Shown here: positions 49,816-60,800 of the stretch, in pieces
Numbering within the stretch: the stretch's first letter is position 1
Layout: the number at the start of each line of letters is the position of its first letter
DNA from: Takakia lepidozioides
Lineage: Eukaryota > Plantae > Bryophyta
Assembly (NCBI GenBank): GCA_030704615.1
Contig: CM060731.1
Location: 4,898,001 to 4,962,000 of the forward strand
DNA length: 64,000 nt
Reading direction: 5' to 3'
Translations under genes and position numbers: made by a program
The notes under the pieces: generated by a model
The model's database searches: none
What the model was told of the DNA's origin: nothing
What the model saw: only the letters and a program-made list of their open reading frames with translations

Positions 49816-52800
49816 TGCCTTTAGTACGGCAATCGAACTCTGGCCCCTTTCAAATGCAATAGACCGGCGGCGGAGTGCTTGAAGATGCTGAATACCTAGA
49901 GTATCGCACAGGAATAAAAATGCTACACAAAAATCAGCCAACAATTTAGAAGAAGAAAGAAGTGGTTCCACCAATAAAGCATGCCCCGGCAGAGAGGCAA
50001 TCCTCGCAGAAGATGCTTACTACGTAACAAGGAAAAACGAAAAAACTAACAGTAGAAGAGACTAAACGAGAGAATATGAAACAAGCTAAACACGATATCA
50101 AATTTCACATTTCTAGCAGACCATACCACACCACACGACGGGGGGGGACAATCGACTGAAACGTATACAACAAATGCATGAACGCAAGATCGAGCGCAGC
50201 ATAAGAACGCGATTGAAGAGAAAGCTAGTGAGGAAAAACATACCAGAAAAAAGGAGTGCAAACGATAAATTTCGCACAATCAACACAATATTTTCAACAT
50301 GATCCAATGTGCAAACGGAGCACACATGAAAGACCAAAACAAAACCAAGAGAGACGGAATACAAGAGAGGAGAGGGCGGCGAGCGAAGAAGCGAAGAAGA
50401 GAGGAACAAGACAAGGACTCCAATCCGCGTCACGCTGCCCAACAAAGCCCGCCTCACTACTCACTAAAACCTTCGCTCGCCTTACCACCTTACTACTCAC
50501 TACTCAACTCACTACTCGTATCACTAAGCCTGCCCCGACCTTCTCGCGACTGTGCATGTAACATTACTTTACTACGGGTTTTACCCTCCCGTTCACTGGA
50601 TGCAGCCGGTAAATCCTGGCTTTGCACTACCGGCTGCCTCGGCGGCTTCAGCAGGCATGCAAAACAGTTGCATCTGCATCTTCTTTAGTGGCACCGGCTG
50701 CGGATTAGCGCCAAAGTGTGAGCAGTACGAGTCAGTGGGCAGTTGTTGCGTCCACGAGTGATTAGTGAATTAGATTAGTGAATTAGGTTAGTGATGCAGA
50801 CCCAGGCTCACTCACTGCTTTGCATACCTTACCTGTCTGCTAAAGGAATTTTGTTGGTGGATTGGAGTGAGAGTGGAAATGACTGATGATTCAACGTAAG
50901 TTGGCAGGCTCTTAGTACCTAGTCCGCAATTTGACAAGTCTGTTTTACTGTATTTACATGTATACCAGAGGTGACAGTCTGCGTCACGGTGGTGAGGAAC
51001 AAGAGCTTGTTATTCTCATCAGATATTATTTGCATGCTACATAGCAAAACGAATGAAGTGCACCGCACTGCATCGTGGTGGCCTTGTCGCACTATGAACT
51101 GATGTGTAAGATTTGCATGAAAAATGTTTGTATTCCATCAATTGAACTAACCGTGCTGCGGATAACACCAAGGGGAGGGCATAAAGGTCGTCCGTTTATT
51201 GGTGAATATTACGTTTGCATGACCGCGAACCATGCCTATTATCTAGAAGGTCTGTAATCCAAGATTCCACAAAGATCTTGTGGTCCTACCATCCATCCGC
51301 ACAATCACCACCTACAATATTTTAACAACTACGGACATGATTATTATTATACACACCATGTCATTCCGTCTTCAGTTGGTTCTTTCAAGTGCTGTTGTTG
51401 TGATTGGTTGGTTTATATACTCTGTGGTCATTTTGCTTGGCATGGCTCCACGGGAACACTCATGTTCATGCAAAGTAATTGGTGAAAGTGAGTCTGCTAT
51501 TTGAGGAATGGTCGAAAACAAACGTCATAACTTAATCGACCTTCCATGACGCCAACAGCCCATCACGCAGTAGGCGAACGGTCAACAAATCTACCTACAC
51601 TACACTGTGTGAATGACGAATTTGGCATGATAAAGGAGGAAAGCCTACAACCGGATCACTCAGGAGAAATAACAATAGAAAGGAGGCGTGCGGGCGTGTG
51701 CGCTTTATGTAGCCCGTCGCACGACCCGCAGCAGCCGGTGACGCGGTCGCACGTAAGCCCTAAAGGCTGCGCGGTTGGCTGCGGCGACCCACGTTCCCAT
51801 GGGCTGAGTGGTTCGCAGCACGGGAACGTGCTGCGATTCAACGACCGAGTCCTGTGGCGGGCTGAGGCGGTTCTCCGACCGGGGTTATCCGGTCACTCTC
51901 AGGACAGGGGGCGGGGCCCCGGTATCTAATTATGCGGGACTCGGTAACCGAGACGGTCGGTGACCGCAAGGCTGGATCTTTGGATGAAAAGAATGGTCTC
52001 GGATGAAAAGTACACTGACGTCCCGACCAGGCGTACCTGCCGTTGCCGTCCGTCCGATCTGGGGTGTCTGTCTCTGTTGTGGGCTTTGAACGGAATGACA
52101 TGTCTAACCTGCACACCACAAATAGCTTGTGGTGATTCAAACCCTAATCACAACTTACAGCTCATTGACCAGTCTTCTCTCTCCAGAGACCATGTGTTGG
52201 ATGCAGTAGCAGGGTACTGGCACCCATGCTCTTGTCATGACAGTTTTTGCAAACTCAAAATTGGGCGGCAGGAGGTGAAGAGGACGAGCATTTGAACTCA
52301 GAACAAGGTGGCAATGCAGGTGATTGGTCAGGGAATGGAGCATTGGTGTGGAGAAAGTGAGGTATCTTTGATGAGCTTTTGGCATGATAGTGATTCCTTC
52401 TTTTTGTACACAATGACTGAGCAACAGAATGCAAGTTTGAACTTATGCAATTATGGCGCGAGAAAGAGCCCGGTTTCAAGTGCCGCCCTGGGTTTGGGAA
52501 ATGCTTCACGAGTGTCCCGCTGGAAGGGAGAGGGAGCATTGGCCATGACAAGTCTAGTGCCATGTGCGGCAAGCAGACGTGGTGGTCTGGCAAGGCCAAG
52601 GGAATTGTTGCTGGCAGGCTTTGGAGAAAGCTGATCAAAGAGTGGATGATGGCCTACCCAATGCCCATCACTTGATCAATTCACACTCGCCATTTTGCTG
52701 TCCCATGTCCCCGAATTCTGTGATGCTGTCAGAACCTGCTAGGGCTGGACTGGCCGCCACACCCACCGGCTGCAGCCGGTGGCAGACAACAACCTGACGC

Positions 52801-53229
52801 GCCGGCGGCCTGCACGGGCGCAGGGATTTGGCGGATGAAGGTCAAGTGTTTTGTTTCAATTTTTCCAAAATCGCCACAAGGGCCAAATGTCAGTTTTGCC
52901 ATTGCCCATGTGGCGAGAAAAAGGAGATGGAAGTTTACAAAAGTGGCAATATAACAGGTGGCACGGTGGCATTTCTTAACGGAACACAATAGGAATAAGG
53001 TGGGAACTTAGTGGGCTCGTGCGATCTGACGGTACTTTCGCCGTGTTCAGGTAGCTGGGCTTTGCCGGCGGGGCCACTGTCAAATCTTCCCCACATCTCT
53101 TACCCGGGATTCACTATCAATACATTATAATGCAGGAGGATGTCAAGCAGTGTGAGAGTTCGCCTAACGTATTGGTAAGGTGATGGCAGTACGGGCGGAG
53201 AGGTGCAAGTGCAATTGTTGATGGGTGGC

Positions 53230-53522
53230 TCATGTAACCCTGGATAGTGTAACCTGGACTGTGTAACTCCAGCTAGTGCAAGGGGGCCTTGTATACTTCC
53301 AGCTAGTGTAATCGTGGGACCTGTAGCATGTGTAACTCCTCTTAGGCCATTTTATATTTAGCCAAATTTCGAGACCAAGTGTGAGTTACACGTGGTGGAA
53401 TTACACTCCCTGCCATGTAAACCAAGTGGAGTTACATACATACCCCCCATCGTGTAACCTCGAGTGTAGTTTACACTCCCTCCCATGTAACCCAGTGTCA
53501 CCCCCACTCTAGTTACACTCCC
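53230..53522. repeat. GTGTAAC/GTTACAC motif array with fold-back polarity; likely DNA-transposon remnant
   Basis: The left half is rich in TGTAAC and the right half in GTTACAC/TTACAC. Confidence 0.55.
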
Positions 53523-56481
53523 TTCAGTTCCATGTCATTCTTGAGAGAGGGTGGGGAAGTTTTAACATGCCAGAAACCGGCATACAGTCCTGGCAGAGAT
53601 TGCAAGTGTAATTTCAATTCTTACATTATTCCTAGTGTTCTCCCGTTTTAATAGGCCCACGTAGGCAAGAAAAATCAAGCTCAAGATATTAAGCTACTGG
53701 CGCTTTCTGGCGAATTTTTCGATTTATTCCTTCAATGTTCAAGTATCAAAAAAAAAACGTTCAAGTAGCTCACCCATTTTCCAAGGTCGAAATCTGGCGA
53801 TGTTTGGCGCCCGGAAATAAAAACTCTGTAAAGGCAAAGATAAAGATAAAGGTAGAGCTTCGATCAGTTAGTTAGTTAGTTAGTTTCCTTTCCCAAAAAG
53901 TAGTTACTTGTATGCAGATGATATTTTTGGGAAATGTGGTGACCGGAGACCGGGTGAGCAATGGTGGGCAGAGGAGCGTGAGCGTCACGGGTCCTCTGTC
54001 GTCTCCCCCGGCCCGTGCCATCACGTGCCCTCTGGGCGCTGGGCAAGCCAGGCCTGGTGGCGAGGCTAGGTCAATGTCGGTGCTGCTCTGACGCATGCGT
54101 ATTGGGCCGTGGCCCCCCTTCATGCCGACCCTCGGGGCAGCGCCCATGTGGCTTCCACCCTCTCTCAGGAAAGCTGCGTGCATTGAAAGCAACGTAGAGC
54201 TGTATGTGGCTTGTGCTGGGTTGAAGGGCTTGCTAACAATCTGCTCTAATCTAGGATCGGTCATACTGAACGTTGAAGTTGAAGTTGAAGAAAGAAAGCG
54301 ACGCACCCTAATCCTAATTTGTCAAGAACATATAATGTCGTGGCAATGAACAGTATTCTAGTCTACTACCATGGTGGATAGTAAAGGAGACATGTTCATC
54401 GGTGACAGAGAGAGTAGCAGTGTGGAGAACATGAGCAACTCCGATGCAACAGTTCTATTCTGGCCAATGAGATGCAGTTGAGTTGTTTGAATGTTGGTTG
54501 AGTTGGAGGGAATGACAAATACTGTCCAAAGACAACGTACCTTTAAACATTATGGTAGCAAGGCCTGCTCGTGGCCATGGGGTGGTCAACACGAATGAAG
54601 ATTGTGGAATCTCCTGATGGTGAACAAGCCTTTGTTCAAGAACAGTTGGTCTAGCTTCCATGTCAAGGAAGCTTAGAAATCAAACAATGCTGGCAATACG
54701 AAGAAAAACAACTGCACAAGACAATCACATTCAACGCAACTCACTCTAACGGTAAGGCCCCCACTCAGCTCTATACCAACAACTACCTAGCATATTTTGA
54801 ACTACTACAAAACCACTAAAAGATGCTGCTGAGAAAAACACGGAGCAAAATTTCAGCAGTTGCAAACAAGGCAACCATCAATCCCGGGTAGAAATAAAGG
54901 TGAGGCAATCATGTTGCAGGCGCGATGCTCTCCCTTCTTGTTTCAACACTTGTTGTAGTACACTCTTCTGCAGTCAAAGCATTTCACAATCCTCCCAGTT
55001 AGACTTTCAGTACCAATTCTTGGAAAATGTGACCCCCTCCACCTACAGAGGCAACAAAGGCCACATTATAGTACAGCATTGGCGAAATGCTGGGCTATGC
55101 CGATGGTACTTGTTCCATTTAATAAAATTTAATAAAATCTCCAGATATTATATTGTAGAACTCACTTTACATATCTCACAAAAATCAGATCTTACCCAAA
55201 GTGCTCAGGTATGCTACTACTAGGATCACTGATTTTCTGGTTGTTTCCATGAAGGAAGGAGCCAGTTTCAATGTCCATGACGCTGTACATGGACCATTCA
55301 AATAGACCTTATTAATGAATAACGCAGTGAACATCCTGGCACAAAGCAGTCCAGAACTCCCCCGGACAACTGCTTTTGTAAATCTTCATGAACTGGTGCC
55401 TGTGTGAAGTGATCCCTTTCATTTATTGTTGAGCAGAGCTTGTGATACTGCATTGGGGATCTGTTAAACTAAAGAATTGGATAAGAAAGTGATAAATCAT
55501 AACCTCCGCTATAGATCCAAAATAGCTCAGCAAAAGCCTGAAATAAATAATTTCCAACTTTTTCAGAAAAGCAGAACCATTATTCCAGGCATTTCAGTGG
55601 AAGAAGAGGGAGTGTCTAGGATACCCAAGAAAAGAGCCCAGGAGCAGCAACCCGAGTGCATTAGGTGTAGAGACAATGTAACCCAATCAAGTGTGCCTGC
55701 ATTCTCATACCCGAAGTATGCCTATCCATAAGTACTGCTCTGAGAAATAATGGAGGAGAGCATTGGGGGGCTACCTCGGTGAAAGAAGCCTGGAAAATAT
55801 GGGATGCAGGGTGAAGCCTCGGGATAATGGTTTCCTCCTGCAAATGTCGTTCCAGTTTCAGCTTTTAAATGAGCTAATGAAGGCCTTTGGTGTCCATGTT
55901 CAAGCAGTCATTTAACAGTGATCCTACCATCACAATCTCCCTAGAAGACCATCATTCATGAAACTTTGCAGTAGGATGATCAAAACCGGCTCCTAGACTT
56001 ACTCCAATCACATTCTTTTCGTGCAGTAGGACTTCCCAACAACTTGGAGAGAGATGAAGAATAAGGGTGTACCTGGCTTCTTGTGCCAAAAAGGCCGCTT
56101 AACGTAATGTTTTTACCTGCAAAATTCATAGCCATGACATCAAGCTCCCATTTTGAGAAAAATTACTGTGGATGGCAGGAGTAAGTCCCCAACCTCTTAA
56201 CAAGTAGACCACTGAGTCCCAGTCCATAGGGCCAGTTCCCGATATCCTGTATGTTAACAATAACATTTGAAAGAACAGAAATTGAAGAGAGAATACAAGA
56301 ATACAGAAGAATAATACACTCTATTCATATTTTCTTGAACACTCCATGCCGATGGTAGGTAAGCCAAAAGAGAAGGAAACTTAAGCATTTGGTATAAAGT
56401 CACCCACCACGTTTTCTGGAGACAACTTCATCAAACAACTTCTCCAACCCTCTGGAAGCAACTCGAATCTGCACTCCACCC

Positions 56482-57775
56482 TTCTTGTCCCATAAACTCT
56501 TCGAGCTTTCCGAGGACGTTATGAAGCACCATTTCATTTCATTTCTAAATCAGAGGGGGCATGCACTGTTCTCAAATTGCTGCGCATGCTAATTTCTGTA
56601 CCCTGGTTTCATGTGGATCCCATCTAACATACCTACATAAATCTGGAGAGTCCATATAATGACGAATTTTCCTCTGCTTTCAACTGTATTGTCAACATGG
56701 AACCATATTACCTTTTCTACTCCGCGGACGTTATAAAGTACCATTTCATTTCATTTCTACTCTCTTCCTCTATATATTTAGCATATGGTTCAAGCTGTTA
56801 GAGCTTCCACACCAGTGGCACGGTATATGGGTACATCAATTGCCATTTACCGAGGTATGTGCAGGGCCCGCCAGAAGATGGCGGGGCTGCAGGCGGAATG
56901 CTCCCCACCGGTGGCACGGTACCGGGCCCGCCAAACCTCCCGCTCGCCAATGTCTAACGTGTGGGATGCTCACTCATGACTGCTCGGCCAGATTAACTCC
57001 ACGTGTGTCTGACTTTGTGTAGCGTGGGAGATAGGGGGTCCGGAAGGACGCGCCAAGATACAGGGCCCGGTGGAAATTCCGTGGCCTGCATTTTAGCGTG
57101 CCCCAGTGAGGCTCCGTTTTTGTGGTTTTTCTCCCTGACAGGGTATTTTGCAGTTTCGGTGGCTGATAGCGGGCCCGGTGGGGATGCTCTAAGATGAGCA
57201 ACTACACTAAACATGTAGGTTGAGAAATCACTTTTTATTACCCCCCCATAAGGCTGCTTGCTGCTTACCTCAGCCGGAGGTATACTTTGAGTAAGCTTCC
57301 GGACCTCTTGTGGCGGAGAATCATGGTGGGGGCCAGCCTCCTCCTTTCGGACAATATGAGCTGCATAACCTTGATACAGGTCTCTGGGATTTGCATACCT
57401 GATTGAAAGACGAGGACAAGTACGAAGATCCCTCAATTAATTGAATTATTTTTGGAGGGAATTATTGATAGAGGAGTGAAGAACGGTGGGTTGGGTCCTT
57501 AGTGGACAGAATGACCTGCCGCTTTAAGACCCAAGGAGGGAGCAAAACATGCTGACACCTTAGACTCCACTACATCAGACTATGGTGATTGAAAATTGAG
57601 ATGGAAACCAGGAGTATCAAGGCATACATGATAAAATACATCTTTGTCAATGAATGGGAAACAAGCCATTGGCAATATGTTCCTGACATTTCTCATTGCC
57701 AGGGGGTGTACATAGGAGGAACCTGTGGCCAGGTTTGATCTTGCGGACGTTATAAAGTACCATTTCATTTCATTT
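56482..57775 (+). mobile_element. Three short family B 3'-end insertions (56482-56546, 56723-56756, 57743-57775)
   Basis: GCGGACGTTATAAAGTAC(CATTT)n. The 56723 copy has TSD TTTCTACTC at 56714-56722 and 56754-56762. Confidence 0.85.
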
Positions 57776-57897
57776 GTTCCTGGCTCAACATATGTGGAAC
57801 CCAAACTGATCCCCTTCTACATACCAAAATGATCAAGTAAAATGTCCCAACTAAGGAAATGAGGGCAACATGGTATTATCCCATATGAAAATGACCA

Positions 57898-60800
57898 TTA
57901 GGTAGATGACCTGGGTACACCCTCAAGAGTAGCATCCTTCGTCACAATGGTTTTGGCCAGTATCCTGTCTCAACCATGGTTCAAATTGACTATAGCACTT
58001 TAAAGATGTTCAAGAAAGCAGGAAGATGCATACCTGTAAGAGTGGCCACCCTTCCTCTTTCCCTTCTCTGCTTGATTGCCATTAGCCCCCCATGGTGGTT
58101 CGTCCGGGAAATTAGCCGAATGCAAAAGCACTTCTTCAACCTGTTCTTCTTTACCCTTGGCTTTGCAATGCACTCGTATTTTGGGAGGCCTTGCACCCAG
58201 CTCCAGTGACCCAAGCTTATGCTGCTCCATGCCCTTGGTCTTGTAAGAGTACCTGAGCAACAATAATTTTGGGTTGGGTTTTGTTGAATGCATCATTCTG
58301 ACAGAGGCTGGAATCAAAGAAATCTTACTTCTCAATTATTCTGCTCTTGACCATCAGCCTGTGGGTGGTCACAATGGATTTTGTGTTCTCAGGTGCAAGT
58401 CATGTTGATCATGTTTTTCCACGAAACCAAGTCAAACTGGAAATTTCTCAAAGCCTCTTCACAGGTGCTTATGCCTCAACTTGATTTTGCAGTTCAAAAT
58501 GGTGTAGGACTAACCTAGGGGAATGATGGGAGTCAGAAGTTCGAGTTCCTGAGGTAGATGCTATCTCAGGCTCTGCCATGTAGGCTTTTCCAGACAGCCC
58601 GATGGGAAGTTCCAAACCACCACCGGACCCCACACCTTCAATCTGTGTGGACTTACACCAGATATGGTCGGGGCTGCTGGCTTTTTGACGATTGAAGAGT
58701 TGCCCAGCCTCCATCCCCACCCAATCTTTAGTAAGGTTTCGCCGAAGAACTGTTTCAACGTCGACAATGTGCTCATGTGATGCCTCTCGTAAAGCATTAG
58801 GGGAGGTTGTCTCGTAGCTGAAGAGACGGCTCTTGACATCGTTGTAGTTTGCCTGTGAACGTATTGAGACGAAGGAGATATTTTCTTGGCATCAGCAGAC
58901 ATGTGACCCGGCACCTAAAGTGCATAGTATACTAAATTGATTTGCAATGCTCTTGTACATTTTACTAGTGGCCATGTTTTGAAAATTTTGTTGATCCAGA
59001 GATGCAGAAAGATCTAGAATTCTTCTCAAAACTTCACATCCTCAAAAGACAAATATGTAATTGTCAATCCTTCTGGTACATTGGCATTCATTGTGTTACA
59101 AGAAATGAAATGAAATGAAATGGTGTTTATAACATCCGGGGAAAGTTCAAAGAGCTTATGGGACAAAATGGAAAAAAACAAGAGAGAGGAAACAAAACCA
59201 GAGCCAAAAAACAGCCCAAAAACAAGTACTGCTCAAGGGATTGTCTACGGGTGAAGGCCTCGTGCAGGTAAGAAAGAAGAAAGGAAATGAAACGGTACTT
59301 TGTAACGTCCGCGGAAAGCTCAAAGAGAGCTTATGGGACAAAATGAAAAAAAACATGAGAGAGGAAAGAAAGAGGAATGAAAGGGGTTTTTGAAAGTCCA
59401 TGAAGGAGCTTCTGTTAAAGGAAGGCTCCCATCTTAGTTCAACCTAAATCTTCCCTGTTTATTTGATCATACCAAACACTGGGTGAGAGCACACACCTTC
59501 TCCTTCTTGGAAGCTGCATGATTGTTGCTCTTTGATTTTCCCTTAAAGAGCATTGTCTGCAACTCAGGCTCCAAGCGTGAACTCACCACTGGCTTCACCT
59601 GCATGAGCTTGCACATACATTCACTCAATACTAGCTCGATATGAAGTTGCAGTGTCGCATGTTATCATGAGGAAGGCCAATGTGCTGCAAGATTTTCAAA
59701 CACTTCATAAAATTGGCAACGATATTGCTCTCTTGTTCATTACTCTGCAGCAGAATGTTCCAAAAAGAGAAGATTTGTACCCATCCCTCCCTTCAGTCCT
59801 TCCTTGTGGAAGCCCCCCCCCCCACATTTGCATGCTTACTAACCTTGGACCAGTCGAGCTTTTGTGGAGCCATCACGACGGACTTGCGTCGCAAGAATGG
59901 GCGCTTCGGCACATCAGGATGCTCAGCATACTCGAGCTCCTCCAGATCAATAGGCACGCCACCACCCCCCCGGCCCACTGGAGTTTCTTCAAGCAGTTTA
60001 CTTTGGATAGATGTCTCCACAACATGAAAGAGCTGAGTGGACTCTTGGGATGCCTTGATGGGAACTGTGCAGCCTTCCAAAACCTCAGCCAGCTCTGGTG
60101 GTGGCTGCACAACCTGGCTGCTAGCATTGTGCACACAACAAGTAAAACCTACTCAGGTGAACAAATGCATAACTAGGCTTCACTTGACACCTCCTACATG
60201 ATATACGAAGTTACAACGAACACATGACTTCTAATGTCTACCCAGTGTGCCCACAATGAAGGTTTGTAATATGAATGCAGGGATATCATTAATAGGGGGA
60301 TTGCTTAAACCACCTCCTCTTTTGTTAGTAAAAGGAAAGCTAAGAGAATTGATTTTTCAAGAAGTCGCATCTTTAAGGTTTAGATGTTTTGAGCTTCCAT
60401 GTGTGAAGCCATACTTGTTGGAGGGGTTGGCTTTTCCGTCCTTTGCTTGCTCCAGCTTCGGACCCAGGGCCTGGGCTCTCTGCTGATGCTCACCATGGGA
60501 CCCCAGAAGTTCGTTTGCAGGCTGTGACTGGTGAGGAGATTGAGAGAAGTACCAATGGAATTTTCCGATGTCCCCAATGGAGTTAGAGTACTGGTCTGAG
60601 CCTCCATTGAGCACATTGCCTTCAGAAAGCTTCTTCAGTGAAGTCATCAACGTTAGGGGTTGCGGGTTCATTTTCTCAACTGACGAAATCGCAGAGAGCT
60701 TCATGAGCCGTTGGTCACCCGACCCTTGAATTGCCCTGCCCAAGGTATTTGGTGAAGTAGACCTGAATTACAGAGAAGCTTTAGAACTCTTTCTGTAAGA

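Noticed and set aside
53088-53130. snRNA-type USE + TATA promoter
   Set aside because: CCCACATC is an imperfect USE, the spacing to TATAA fits neither class well, and no snRNA-like sequence follows.
56796-57580. LTR or solo LTR (TGTTAGA.. and TGTAG..CTACA candidate ends)
   Set aside because: Looks repeat-like, but no consistent terminus pair with a TSD was found.
58561-58914. 117-aa ORF as the coding frame of the IQ gene exon
   Set aside because: That frame ends in a stop, while the alternative frame from the acceptor at 58852 splices in phase to the next exon.
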